A stretch of DNA of 64,000 nucleotides from Clostridia bacterium (GCA_017625565.1 JAGAKN010000015.1:6005-70004), one strand, 5' to 3'; shown: positions 1 to 10,148, numbered from the stretch's first letter. Notes: generated by a model not told the origin, from the letters alone. Made by a program: numbers and translations.

Positions 1-823
1 TGACCGTCGCCGCGACTTCGGCAGGTAAATTTTTCACCACCGCTTTCGCGTACTCGAGTACCTTATTAATATATACGCGAATGCATTCCGTCAAATCCGC
101 CGCTTGTACGGACGTAGACGACGGTTGACAAGTTTCCGTCGAACTGCCTTCCGCAACCATTGTCCCTAAAGCCCCCTGCGCCAACGATCCGATTTCGTTT
201 TTAATCCGTTCCGCCGTCAAAGCGCCGATTAACAGCTTGTTATGGCTAGCAATCCGAGAAATGATGTTCGCGTCCATATTGTTTCCGCCGACGTTCATGG
301 AAATCCCCGCAATCAACCCGTCCGCTGAAACGACTGCGGCGTTGGAAACTCCGCCACCGACGTCCAAACAGAAGATCGGATCGGAATCGCTGAGCGCTAC
401 CCCTGCGCCGAGCGCCGACAAATAGGGTTGCTCGACGAAATACACTTTCTTTAAACCGCATTCTTCCGTCAAATTCTCGTAAGCCAAAAGGTTGCGTTCG
501 GTAATCCCACAAGGCACGTTGATCAATACTTGCGCACGACGGAGCATAGACGATTTCATACCGATCCGCGATAAAAACTCTTTTAACATCGCTACTGCCA
601 AACGCATATCGACGATTTCACCTTCGTACACGGGGTATACAATACTCGTATATTCCGCCGTTTTCCCGATTAAATTTTTCGCTTCTTTCCCAACCGCTTT
701 GATTTCCGCGTCTTCCCCAACGACCGCTACGCAAGACGGCTCTGCAAGGACAATCCCGCTGTTCGTATCCGCGCGGTAAATTTTCGTCATCGACGAACCC
801 AAATCAATCGCAAGTTTTACCAT
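1..823 (-). CDS. mreB: MreB/Mbl-like actin-family rod-shape protein; the C-terminal part runs off the window
   Basis: Own translation from the ATG at 823-821, with a GGAG RBS upstream: MVKLAIDLGSSMTKIY...CLDVGGGVSNAAVVS... These are actin-fold ATPase motifs. The frame stays open to position 1. It lies directly downstream of maf, as in Bacillus. Confidence 0.75.
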   Translation of the reverse strand, partial: MVKLAIDLGSSMTKIYRADTNSGIVLAEPSCVAVVGEDAEIKAVGKEAKNLIGKTAEYTSIVYPVYEGEIVDMRLAVAMLKEFLSRIGMKSSMLRRAQVLINVPCGITERNLLAYENLTEECGLKKVYFVEQPYLSALGAGVALSDSDPIFCLDVGGGVSNAAVVSADGLIAGISMNVGGNNMDANIISRIASHNKLLIGALTAERIKNEIGSLAQGALGTMVAEGSSTETCQPSSTSVQAADLTECIRVYINKVLEYAKAVVKNLPAEVAATV

Positions 824-835
824 AATTCCACTCCT

Positions 836-1420
836 TTATTTCTCGTTGCACTCCGTCGCAACCTGTTGGATGAGCTTGGCGCAAAGCTCTATAGGCAAGC
901 CCACGACGTTGGAGAAACTCCCTTGAATACTTTCCACCAATCCCCCGTCTTGAATGCCGTACGCGCCTGCTTTGTCCATCGGCGAGCCCGTTGCGATATA
1001 CGCGCGGATTTGCGCTTCCGACAACGGATAAAACCGTACCTGGGTGCGTTCTACCGCGACGATTTTTTTCACACCGCGCGCCGTCGGATAGACGATACAC
1101 ACGCCCGTGTATACGTCGTGCTCCCGCCCAGAAAGCGCCGAAAGCATCGAAAAAGCGTCTTCTTCGTCCTTAGGCTTTCCCAACACTTTTCTCTCGTAAG
1201 CCACTACCGTGTCCGCACCGAGTACGATTTTCCCCCGCGATTTCGGATACGTAGCCACTTCCGTCGCTTTTTGTTCGGCAAGCGTTTTTACCAACGCTTC
1301 GGGGGATAAATTCTCATCCGTCCGTTCTTCGCCCCGCGCGGGAATAATTTCAAATTTTCCAATGAGCTGTCCCAACAATTCCTTACGGCGTGGGGACGCA
1401 CTCGCCAAAATCCATTCCAT
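836..1420 (-). CDS. maf: Maf-like nucleoside-triphosphate pyrophosphatase (septum formation protein Maf)
   Basis: 194 aa. N-terminus ILASASPRRKELL and C-terminal AGAYGIQ motif typical of Maf. Confidence 0.9.
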   Translation of the reverse strand: MEWILASASPRRKELLGQLIGKFEIIPARGEERTDENLSPEALVKTLAEQKATEVATYPKSRGKIVLGADTVVAYERKVLGKPKDEEDAFSMLSALSGREHDVYTGVCIVYPTARGVKKIVAVERTQVRFYPLSEAQIRAYIATGSPMDKAGAYGIQDGGLVESIQGSFSNVVGLPIELCAKLIQQVATECNEK

Positions 1421-1473
1421 AGCTTATAGAAAAAGCCACGTTCCCCGACAAACGGAGAGCGTGGCTATAACCC

Positions 1474-2985
1474 TTACAAAATTTCGAGATTCTTACGGAA
1501 AGCTCTCTTGAATTCCATACTCGCCGCAGTAGCGTCGCGGATTTCCAAAGCCGCGTCGCCCGTCACGATCGTTTTCATAATTACGGAATCGCCCAAAACG
1601 TCGCAATTCACACCCGTCACCATACCACAATGCGTACGATCCAAACTCTCTGCCAAGCGGAGCAACACGCCCAACTTCTTCACCGCATCCAAGTCTTCTT
1701 CCAAAACGATATCCTTATATTTTGCCCATTCACCCAAGGGCACGTCCTCTCGGTTATGACAACCTGCTACGAACGCCGCCAAGATAATTTCCCGATGCGT
1801 CGCGCCCGAAATCAAGCCGTTAAGTATGATATAGCAACTATGTTTTGCGTGGTTGTGGTACTTCACGCGCATACCGCAATCGTGCAAACTCGCCGCGATC
1901 TTCAATACCTTCAAATACTGACGGGGGAATTTATGCAACACGCGGAGCTGTTTAAACAGCTGCACCGACAACGAAAGCACGTGTTCGATATGCTTGGGAT
2001 CGCAACCGTGGTATTTCAGCATACGGTCGAGCGAATACCCCAACACGTCGGAAATGGGTTTTTCTTGCGTGATCGGTAAAGCTTGGTTGATCATCAAGCC
2101 TTCGCGCAACCCGCATACGCCGATGGTGATCATTTGCGTATCCATGTAATCGACGAAGGATTTGATAATCGCCATCGCTGCCGGCATAATATCTGCACGC
2201 GCAGGAGATAAGCCCTTAATCTTTTTACGCTTGTCCACGTCGAGCGCTTTTACCATATCGTAAATGCCCGTGAAATCTTCGGTCGCCAACTTGTAATTGT
2301 GTGCCATATCCAACGGATATTTCTTCACGAGTTTGCTAATCTTGAACAAATTGCGGAACGAACCGCCCACCCCGATCATTTGTGCTTCGGGATCGACTTC
2401 GCTCAACCACGGCAACTTTTTCAATTGCTCCGTGAAAAATTCTTCTACGTGTTGCGCCGCAACTTCCGCGGACGGATCACTTGCAAACAAATCCGTCAAC
2501 GTCACCGCGCCAAACGGCAAAGATGCGTAGTGCAATACGTTTCTACGGTTATAATAAATAATCTTCGTGCTACCACCGCCGATTTCCAAGATCAAGCCTT
2601 TGGGAATATCCATCGAGTTGATTACGCCACGATAAACGAGCAACGCTTCTTCTTCTTCGGACAGCACCCGAATGGTAATGTTGCAACTTACTTGGATTTC
2701 ATCTAAGAACGAGCGTTGATTTTTCGCGCGACGTACCGCCGCCGTACCGACTGCGATAATGCGATCGACGCCACTTGCGTCGCAAAGCCGTTTAAAAATC
2801 TTCAACGTCTTAATCGTTTCCGCGATCCGTTGCGGTTTTAAAAACCCGTCGCGGTCCATGTCTTGTCCCAAACGAACACTCTCTTTCAATTCGTCCACAA
2901 CCATGTAATGCCCGTCCGTAAACATCTCTACGATGACAAGACGCGCCGTATTCGATCCCAAATCAATAATACCGATCTTTTCCAC
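1474..2985 (-). CDS. ppx: Ppx/GppA-family exopolyphosphatase with a C-terminal HD-like domain
   Basis: 503 aa. N-terminus IGIIDLGSNTARLVI (ASKHA fold) and the length fit Ppx/GppA. Confidence 0.85.
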   Translation of the reverse strand: MEKIGIIDLGSNTARLVIVEMFTDGHYMVVDELKESVRLGQDMDRDGFLKPQRIAETIKTLKIFKRLCDASGVDRIIAVGTAAVRRAKNQRSFLDEIQVSCNITIRVLSEEEEALLVYRGVINSMDIPKGLILEIGGGSTKIIYYNRRNVLHYASLPFGAVTLTDLFASDPSAEVAAQHVEEFFTEQLKKLPWLSEVDPEAQMIGVGGSFRNLFKISKLVKKYPLDMAHNYKLATEDFTGIYDMVKALDVDKRKKIKGLSPARADIMPAAMAIIKSFVDYMDTQMITIGVCGLREGLMINQALPITQEKPISDVLGYSLDRMLKYHGCDPKHIEHVLSLSVQLFKQLRVLHKFPRQYLKVLKIAASLHDCGMRVKYHNHAKHSCYIILNGLISGATHREIILAAFVAGCHNREDVPLGEWAKYKDIVLEEDLDAVKKLGVLLRLAESLDRTHCGMVTGVNCDVLGDSVIMKTIVTGDAALEIRDATAASMEFKRAFRKNLEIL

Positions 2986-3287
2986 TTTTTCTACCTCTGT
3001 CGCCCACGCAAGCCCTTTTTTCTTGCGACGCCGTATTTCATCTTTCCCGTTTTTTCACGTTCTATAGGGTAATCCCCATTTTCTCTTCCATAGTTTACCA
3101 TAGAAAACGCGTTTTGTAAATACCCTTTTTAAAAATTTTTTCTCCTTTTTTCAACTTTTTTTCATTTTGAATGCTTTTCAGGGCTTTTTTTGTGCGTTTT
3201 GCCCTTTAATCCTTTGTTTTTTTAAGGCTTTTCGCTGGGAAAAATCGTTTATTTTTAATTCTTGTGCATTTTGCCGAAACTTTTCTG

Positions 3288-3656
3288 CTATTCTTGCGTT
3301 TGATAGAGTTGTTTCAAACTGACGAAAGACAATCCGATTAAAAAAATCCCAAACCCCTTTCTCAGTACGTCAGACGTTAAATACGCCGTCAGCGTCGCCC
3401 CCAACACGGCAAGCAACACCGCGGGGAGTATCGTCCATAAAATTCCGTCTGTTTTTAACAGCCCGTTTTCCGAATGTGTCTTGAGCGCAAAACCGCTCAT
3501 CGGCAGGAAAGCAAAGAGATTCGCGCATTGTGCAATCTTTTGTTCCACTCCGCCGACAAGGAGTAGCAGCGGTATAGTCACCGTTCCACCGCCCATGCCC
3601 ATTCCTGCAGGAATTCCACCCAAGAAACCCAATATTAAATACAGATAAAATCGCAT
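3288..3656 (-). CDS. Half-size TauE/SafE (TSUP) family membrane transporter subunit
   Basis: 122 aa, about 4 TM segments, GGGTVTIPLLL motif. Has its own strong RBS (AAGGAG) 15 nt after the upstream half-gene. Confidence 0.75.
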   Translation of the reverse strand: MRFYLYLILGFLGGIPAGMGMGGGTVTIPLLLLVGGVEQKIAQCANLFAFLPMSGFALKTHSENGLLKTDGILWTILPAVLLAVLGATLTAYLTSDVLRKGFGIFLIGLSFVSLKQLYQTQE

Positions 3657-3671
3657 ATTTTTCTCCTTTTT

Positions 3672-4043
3672 CTACGAACTGAACAATAAAAACGCGCCTG
3701 CAAACGCTTGTAAAATCGCAAACGCGATCCCCACCGTTTTTACGGGCAATTTGCCTAAAAGTTTCGCCCCTATTGCTCCACCGAAACTTACCCCGATCGA
3801 CGTGGGGATCAACACCGAAAAATCGTAAATCCCCCTTGAAAAGTACACGATCAGCGACGTAATACAAACGGGCAAAATGAGCAAAATTGCCGTTGCGTGC
3901 GCCACCTTTTCTTTCATGCCCGTTTTTTGTAATAACGGCACGGCAATCATGCCGCCACCCCCGCCGAACAAACTGTTTGCAACTCCGACGACGACTCCGC
4001 ATAAAATCCGCTTTCCATTCCCACTTTTTCCTTTTTCCACCAA
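3672..4043 (-). CDS. Half-size TauE/SafE (TSUP) family membrane transporter subunit
   Basis: 123 aa, about 4 TM segments, GGGGGMIAVPLL motif. Paired with 3288-3656. Confidence 0.75.
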   Translation of the reverse strand: MVEKGKSGNGKRILCGVVVGVANSLFGGGGGMIAVPLLQKTGMKEKVAHATAILLILPVCITSLIVYFSRGIYDFSVLIPTSIGVSFGGAIGAKLLGKLPVKTVGIAFAILQAFAGAFLLFSS

Positions 4044-4134
4044 AAACTCCCCCCTCGCGCGCGTTTATACAATATATACTGCGTAAAATTTTGCAATTTA
4101 TCAAACTTTTTCATCTATTTACCACCATAAACGC

Positions 4135-4163
4135 TTGCCAAGAATTTGATTTTGTATTAAAAT
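4135..4163 (+). promoter_or_regulatory. Sigma-A-type promoter for the large surface protein gene
   Basis: TTGCCA, 17 nt spacer, TAAAAT. About 90 nt upstream of the ATG at 4257. Confidence 0.5.
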
Positions 4164-4256
4164 AGTAGAGTACAAAATCGCGAATAGTGGAAAAATGCCC
4201 CACAATTCACAGTTTTTGAAAATTCAAGACAGAAAATAAAAACCAAAGGTGGTTCC

Positions 4257-7200
4257 ATGAAAAACAGTTCTAACAACCGCAAGAAACATCTTCTTGCCTT
4301 TTGCTTATCGGTTATGATGCTTTCGTCCACGGCGGCATTTGCTTCCTGTTCGAATTCGTCTACAACCGATTCCTCTTCTTCGTCGTCTTCTTCGTCGTCC
4401 ACGACGGAAGCAGTCAACGATACTTCGCTCGTCAAAAACGGCGGATTTGAAACCTTTGCGAAAAACGACGGTTTGAATGCAATCGGTACGTCCGTTTCCA
4501 ACTGGTCGCGCTCGGTGAACACCGTTGCTTCGGGTAGCGCGTTGACCTCTAAGGCGGCGAGCGGTATCATCGATACGGCTACGGACGAATGGAAGAAATT
4601 GACGGGTACGTCGCTTACCGACGCAGAAGATATTACCGTGTTCACGGAAGAAGACGCAAAAGCAAAATGGGATACGCTCACCACGCGGGACAAGCTCGCG
4701 TATTACGACGTTTGGGAAAAGGCTAACCCCGACGGAAAGATTAAGAAAGATCTTTCTTTCTATCAAGCGTTCAATATTGACAGCGGTGACATCCCCACTC
4801 CTTCCTGCGACAATCCCGGCACGCACGACAACAGCACGGAAAATACCAAGATCTTAATGATCCATAACGAGTATCCCGAAAACACGTCGACGTCCACCTA
4901 TCAAAGCATGGGTACGGCGCAAAAATATACCGCGTCTTCGTCGGTCGTTTTAAAAGCAGGTACTTCGGCGGAATTCTCCGTTTGGGTTAAGACGTCCGAC
5001 CTTATGTCTACGTCTACCGACGGTACTCCCCAAGAAGCTGTGAAAAAAGGTGCATATATCAGCATTACGCACTCCGTCGGCGGAAGACAGTTGGATTCTT
5101 ACGAAGTGAAAAATATCAATACCGAAACGATGGACGAAAGCGCCCTTTCTAACGGTTGGATGAAATACTCCTTCTATTTGAAGGGTTCTTCCTATACGGA
5201 AACGACGTTCTCGATCGTGTTGGGTCTTGGTCAAGGCGGCGGGACGGATCGCTTGGAATACGTCAACGGGTATGCGTTCTTCGACGATATTCAATGCAAC
5301 TTGATCACTAATGACGATTTCGACGATAAGATGGACGAGCTGAATCTCGCAGAAGCGTATAAAGCGGACTTCAATTCCAAAAAATCGCAAAAGACGATCG
5401 ACGTTTCCACCCCCGCACACAAGGCGAGCAACGCATACGCAATGAATTTCTTCGGCGAATTCCGTTCGTCGAACGTACTCAAACAAGGCTTTGCATATAA
5501 AGCGACTTCGGGCAAAGTCGGTGGCGTAGATTACACGTCTATGGCAGGCAACTCCACCGCGCCTTGGCTCGGCGAAGGTTTCGACGGCACGTACGATCAA
5601 CAAGGCGTCTTCCAATACGTTGTCAATGCAAACAAAGCCGATTACGCGAAAGATTTAGCGACGGAAGCGCAAGGGAACGAGTATCTCAACGCTGTTTACG
5701 AAGATTATTTCAAAGACAACGATTTTGCAAAAGACAAACCCGTATTGTTGCTCTTGAGTGCGGACGGGGTTGCTTACACCGCAGAATCCAAGTATCAATT
5801 CGAATTTAAAGACACGAACGGCAATCCCGTAGATTATATGGCGATTTCTTTCTTCGTAAAGACGTCGGATTTGAACGGGCTTACGGGCGCAGGCATCAAG
5901 ATCGTAGACAAAAACAACGAAACGCAGTCTTTCGAGTCCATCGACACGACGGATATCACCACCGTTGACGTCGGCGAAAGCAAAGACATTTACAACGGCT
6001 GGCAACAATGTTTCTTCTTTATCGAAAACGAATCGGAAGATCCTGATGCAAAATTCACGTTGTCTTTCACGTTCGGCCCTACGTCGATTACCAAAGACAC
6101 GACTATCTCCAGCTTCCATCCCGGTTTCGCGGCATTTACCGAATTCCAAACGTACGCAATGACGCAAAAGGAATTTGAAAGCGCGCAAAGCAATACCTAC
6201 GCTTTGATCGCGTCCGTCAAGGGCGATAACGTAGAAGAAGAAACGGGCAACGCAGGTTTTGATACGGCGTCTTCGGTTGCGTATACTTCCATCGAAGAAG
6301 GCATCACGACCTTGAAAAACTACAAAGGCGTTTACAGCAATAGCGACTACGTTGCAATCGGCGATGGCACGAACACGAAAATCAACCAACACAAAAACGC
6401 TGGTTTGATCAATAAAGAACATTTCTTAGAATACTACGATACGTTAGTGGCTGGCGCGGACGCTCCCGCTTGGATCAAAGGCTTGCAATCGCATGCAACG
6501 CTTACAACGAACGCGGAAAGCGTTTGGAACGAAGTAATCGGCGACGACGTCACCCAACCCTTGTTGATTTGGAACGACGGCGCAAGCAATAAAGCTTACG
6601 GCTATATCGGTACGACGACGACCATCGCGGCAAATTCCTATTCGGCAATTTCCACGCGCGTTAAAGTAAGCGCAGGCGCGAAAGCGTACGTTTACTTGAT
6701 GGATATGGACGACGATATGCACCAAGACAAGCTTTCCATCGGTTCTACCTTGATTTATTGGTATGACGACGACGGCAACCTTTGCGCATCCGATCCCCAA
6801 GCAAGCGGTTTCAACAAGAGAACGGACGTTGCGTTCAAGATGCAATCCAACGGCTTGTACCTCGTAAATAAGAACTGGAAAGGCGCAAGCTCCGAACGCA
6901 TTTCGCAAACGGCGTACTATGCAAACCTTGATGCGTACACCGAAACGGACGACGACGGCAACAAGCTCGTCGGTAAAGGCGGAGTTGCGTACGCGTACAC
7001 CGACGCTTGGAACGGCGAAGGTCAAGACGGCATCGCGTTCTACTACGACAAGGAAACGGACACCTATTTCGCAGACAAAGCAAAGACGATCCCCGTAAAG
7101 AATTTGACGGAAATCACAAAAATCAGCGAAACGGATACCGTGAACCCCTTGCCCTACCGCTACCTTGCGCAAGAAAAGCAAGAGCTTTACTTCGAAATCG

Positions 7201-7817
7201 AGAACACCAAAGGCGAATGGGCTACCGTCACCTTCTACGTGCATACAGGCTCGAACGCAAAGAACTACCGTTTGGAAGTTTGGAGCGGTGAAAGAAATGG
7301 CGCTGCAAACCCCTTAGACACGTACGTTATGTTCGATACGAACAACCCTGGCGACGCGCAAAATAACTTCTCGGGGCTTATCGAAGAATATAAGGACAAA
7401 GCGGAAACGACGTATTTCGAAAGCGTGTTCTCGTTCTATGACACCGATAAATATCTTCGTTATAACGCGGATTTCGATAAGGCAAACAACCAAATCGGCA
7501 ACGATTACGAAAAGAGTTTCTTCGCTTCCGAACAAACGGCAGGCGTTGCATATCTCAACTATCAAAAAGCAGGTAGCGTGTACACCGCGTTTGCGGACTA
7601 CTCCTACTCCGAACAATTGGTGACGCCGACGGCAAGTGACGATTCCACGACGGAAGAAGACACGACGGAAGAAGATAGCACCGGCACGAACGTGTGGTTG
7701 TTGGCAAGCTCGATCTCAATCGCTGCGGTATTGCTCCTTGCAATCGTCAGCTTGATCGTGAAGAAGGTTGTAGCAAAGATCCGCAAAAAGCGTGGCTATA
7801 AATCTAAAAAGAACTAA
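4257..7817 (+). CDS. Large (1186 aa) cell-surface protein: lipoprotein-type signal peptide, poly-Ser linker, about 4 CBM/galactose-binding-like beta-sandwich modules, acidic Thr/Glu/Asp linker, C-terminal TM helix and basic tail
   Basis: N-terminus MKNSSNNRKKHLLAFCLSVMMLSSTAAFASC followed by S10. NGGFE module start. Recurring FSVWVKTSDL / ISFFVKTSDL / VKVSAGAKAYVYL / TFYVHTGSNAKNYRLEVWSG strands. C-terminus WLLASSISIAAVLLLAIVSLIVKKVVAKIRKKRGYKSKKN, with no LPXTG. Confidence 0.8.
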   Translation: MKNSSNNRKKHLLAFCLSVMMLSSTAAFASCSNSSTTDSSSSSSSSSSTTEAVNDTSLVKNGGFETFAKNDGLNAIGTSVSNWSRSVNTVASGSALTSKAASGIIDTATDEWKKLTGTSLTDAEDITVFTEEDAKAKWDTLTTRDKLAYYDVWEKANPDGKIKKDLSFYQAFNIDSGDIPTPSCDNPGTHDNSTENTKILMIHNEYPENTSTSTYQSMGTAQKYTASSSVVLKAGTSAEFSVWVKTSDLMSTSTDGTPQEAVKKGAYISITHSVGGRQLDSYEVKNINTETMDESALSNGWMKYSFYLKGSSYTETTFSIVLGLGQGGGTDRLEYVNGYAFFDDIQCNLITNDDFDDKMDELNLAEAYKADFNSKKSQKTIDVSTPAHKASNAYAMNFFGEFRSSNVLKQGFAYKATSGKVGGVDYTSMAGNSTAPWLGEGFDGTYDQQGVFQYVVNANKADYAKDLATEAQGNEYLNAVYEDYFKDNDFAKDKPVLLLLSADGVAYTAESKYQFEFKDTNGNPVDYMAISFFVKTSDLNGLTGAGIKIVDKNNETQSFESIDTTDITTVDVGESKDIYNGWQQCFFFIENESEDPDAKFTLSFTFGPTSITKDTTISSFHPGFAAFTEFQTYAMTQKEFESAQSNTYALIASVKGDNVEEETGNAGFDTASSVAYTSIEEGITTLKNYKGVYSNSDYVAIGDGTNTKINQHKNAGLINKEHFLEYYDTLVAGADAPAWIKGLQSHATLTTNAESVWNEVIGDDVTQPLLIWNDGASNKAYGYIGTTTTIAANSYSAISTRVKVSAGAKAYVYLMDMDDDMHQDKLSIGSTLIYWYDDDGNLCASDPQASGFNKRTDVAFKMQSNGLYLVNKNWKGASSERISQTAYYANLDAYTETDDDGNKLVGKGGVAYAYTDAWNGEGQDGIAFYYDKETDTYFADKAKTIPVKNLTEITKISETDTVNPLPYRYLAQEKQELYFEIENTKGEWATVTFYVHTGSNAKNYRLEVWSGERNGAANPLDTYVMFDTNNPGDAQNNFSGLIEEYKDKAETTYFESVFSFYDTDKYLRYNADFDKANNQIGNDYEKSFFASEQTAGVAYLNYQKAGSVYTAFADYSYSEQLVTPTASDDSTTEEDTTEEDSTGTNVWLLASSISIAAVLLLAIVSLIVKKVVAKIRKKRGYKSKKN

Positions 7818-7833
7818 TTTCTAATAAGCAAAA

Positions 7834-7866
7834 AGGTTGCAAGACAAACTTGCAACCTTTTTTTAT
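7834..7866. terminator. Bidirectional rho-independent terminator between convergent genes
   Basis: Perfect 10-bp stem AGGTTGCAAG / CTTGCAACCT with a 5-nt loop. Flanked by an A-run upstream and a T-run downstream. Confidence 0.85.
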
Positions 7867-7877
7867 TTTTCGTGTTT

Positions 7878-9182
7878 TTAATGCCTTAGCGCTTTCGGGA
7901 AATGGTTCTTCACCGTGCCGTTGACCGCTTTCCCAAGCCCCAACGGATACCCGTCTACGCAAACCAAACACCAACCGTTGGGGATCTCCACCGCGATCGT
8001 TTCACCGCGTAAATATCCTCTTACTCTAGCGTCCGTTTCCGACAACGACACAACGTTTTTACAATCTTCTCCGCGTGTAGCCATCGCCAACGAATGGGAC
8101 GGCTCGAACCGACCGTTTCTGACGTCGCCAAGCCGTACGCCGACGCGCAAAACTTGTAAACCTTTCCACTCGAAGACTCCGTCGGGGAGTTCGTATAACG
8201 TTCCATCCGTTTCATAAATGCGCTTTGCAAACGGACTTTTGAAAAATTGCTTTTCAAATTCCCGATACGCCTTTTCACTATCCCTACGCACGTTGGGCAT
8301 AGCCGTTTTGATGCGCGAAATTTCCCTTTCCGCCGTCGACGATTTTTCAAAAACCGCAACGAAATGCCCTTCCCCTTTGCAGGTATGCGGTAAGAGTTTT
8401 TCCGACGTAATCAACCGCATTTCGGGGTGCGTATTTAAAAAATTCTCCACCTGCCACTCGTCTTCTTCCAGCGAAAACGTGCAAGTCGAATACGCCAACC
8501 TTCCACCGCTTTTTAACATTTTCACGCTTTCGTTTAAGATCCGTGCTTGCCGAAGGGCGCATGCTTCGACGTTTTCTTCACTCCATTCCCTTAAAGCTTC
8601 TTCCGCGTTTTTTCGAAACATTCCTTCCCCGGAACAGGGCGCGTCCACGAGAATTTTATCGAAATACCCGCCAAACCGCTTGGAAAGATTTTCAGGCAGT
8701 TCGCAAACCACAACGGCGTTTTTTATCCCCATTCGCTCGACGTTTTGCGAAAGAATTTTCGCTCTTGAAAAAATAGGCTCGTTTAAAACCAACACTCCAT
8801 CACCCTGCATCGCGCAAGCGAGTTGCGTACCTTTTCCCCCAGGCGCGGAACAAAGATCAAGCACTCTTTCCCCCGGTTGCACGTCTAAAAGCGGAGCTAC
8901 TTTCATCGCGGACGGTTCTTGCGAATAAAACAACCCCGCGTCGTGCCACAAAGACAAACCGAGCTTTTCCCTGTCCGTATAAAACCCGTTTTCTTCCCAT
9001 TCTACGGGGTCGCCCAAAAAGGGGATTTTTGCTTTCAACGCATCCCTGCCCCCTTTCAAGACATTCAAACGCACCCCCTTGACGGGCTTTTTTTCATAGA
9101 CGGCAAAAAATGCTTCCCATTCGTTTTCGGGAAGCTGTTTTTGCATTCTTTGCATAAATTTTTCGGGTAATTGCATCTTCAT
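7878..9182 (-). CDS. rsmF: NOL1/NOP2/Sun-family rRNA (cytosine-C5) methyltransferase, RsmF-like with a PUA-like C-terminal domain
   Basis: 434 aa. SAM motif DLCSAPGGKG, catalytic DAPCSGEG and TCT motifs. Confidence 0.8.
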   Translation of the reverse strand: MKMQLPEKFMQRMQKQLPENEWEAFFAVYEKKPVKGVRLNVLKGGRDALKAKIPFLGDPVEWEENGFYTDREKLGLSLWHDAGLFYSQEPSAMKVAPLLDVQPGERVLDLCSAPGGKGTQLACAMQGDGVLVLNEPIFSRAKILSQNVERMGIKNAVVVCELPENLSKRFGGYFDKILVDAPCSGEGMFRKNAEEALREWSEENVEACALRQARILNESVKMLKSGGRLAYSTCTFSLEEDEWQVENFLNTHPEMRLITSEKLLPHTCKGEGHFVAVFEKSSTAEREISRIKTAMPNVRRDSEKAYREFEKQFFKSPFAKRIYETDGTLYELPDGVFEWKGLQVLRVGVRLGDVRNGRFEPSHSLAMATRGEDCKNVVSLSETDARVRGYLRGETIAVEIPNGWCLVCVDGYPLGLGKAVNGTVKNHFPKALRH

Positions 9183-9185
9183 CGG

Positions 9186-10148
9186 TTATTCCTGCGTAGA
9201 CAAATACTGAGAAAATTGTTCAGGTGTAAAAATTTTTGCGTTCTGTTTCTGTACGGATTTTAAGCGCGGTCCGCTTTCGTTGTCAAAGCATACGTATACG
9301 TCGCAATTCTCCGCGTGGGACGTGAACGTTGCGCCTTGCGCGTACGCTTCGCTCAACAAACGTTTGGAAAGGGACAATTCCGTTTCCAAACCGTGGGAAA
9401 AACAGACGTTTTTATCCTTTAATACGCCGTCCTTTTTACGTTTACGTTTTTCACGGTCGACAAAATGATAAAACTCCGCCTTGCGTTTTTCTCGGTCTTC
9501 GCGTTGCCGTTCCTGCTCTTTTTTATAGGCTATAAACGCGTCGGACGTCGTTTGCGTAATCTCGAAATTTTCGATACGCCCCTTTTGAATACGGTATTTT
9601 TCAAGGAGCTCGGCAAAATTCACACCCTCTACCAAACACATGGCTTCGGCAATTTTCATCGTCGCATACGCGTCGTCCACCGCGCGGTGGGCAACGAACT
9701 CTACGCCCAACTGCTCGGCAATAGCGCCAAGACCGAACTGTCTAGAAAAATCCTTTTTGTAGTTCATATACACGAATTGCGTGTCCGCAAACGAGAACTT
9801 GAACGGCGGTAATTGAAAGCGCTGACTTTCAAAATTCAAATACTTCACGTCGTTCATCGTCGCGTGTCCTGCAACCAGCGTATCTTCGTCCTGCAACAAG
9901 GCATAAATCTTCTTTGCGTACTGCGAAAAGGTGGGATACTTCTTAAATTCGTCGTATTTATAGGGCAAGACTAAACCCTGCTTGCCCTGTCTGTCGGTAA
10001 GATGAAATCCCCCTTGTGGATTGATCAGGAGATCTTCCTTTTCCAAAATATGAAATTTTTCGTCCGTTAAACAATACCCGAACGCACAAATCTTCGCCAC
10101 TTTCTTGGATACGACCGAGCATTCGATATCGAAAAATAAATATTTCAT
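9186..10148 (-). CDS. DEDDh 3'-5' exonuclease (DnaQ-like) with a basic coiled linker and a BRCT-like C-terminal domain
   Basis: 320 aa. FFDIE at the N-terminus and HRAVDDAYAT (exo III motif). The C-terminal VCFSHGL...CDVYVCFDN...IFTPEQF pattern resembles BRCT. Confidence 0.75.
   Translation of the reverse strand: MKYLFFDIECSVVSKKVAKICAFGYCLTDEKFHILEKEDLLINPQGGFHLTDRQGKQGLVLPYKYDEFKKYPTFSQYAKKIYALLQDEDTLVAGHATMNDVKYLNFESQRFQLPPFKFSFADTQFVYMNYKKDFSRQFGLGAIAEQLGVEFVAHRAVDDAYATMKIAEAMCLVEGVNFAELLEKYRIQKGRIENFEITQTTSDAFIAYKKEQERQREDREKRKAEFYHFVDREKRKRKKDGVLKDKNVCFSHGLETELSLSKRLLSEAYAQGATFTSHAENCDVYVCFDNESGPRLKSVQKQNAKIFTPEQFSQYLSTQE

Noticed and set aside
4370-4400. TCT/TCG-rich simple repeat
   Set aside because: It is the poly-Ser linker of the surface protein, in frame, and not a regulatory or CRISPR-like repeat.
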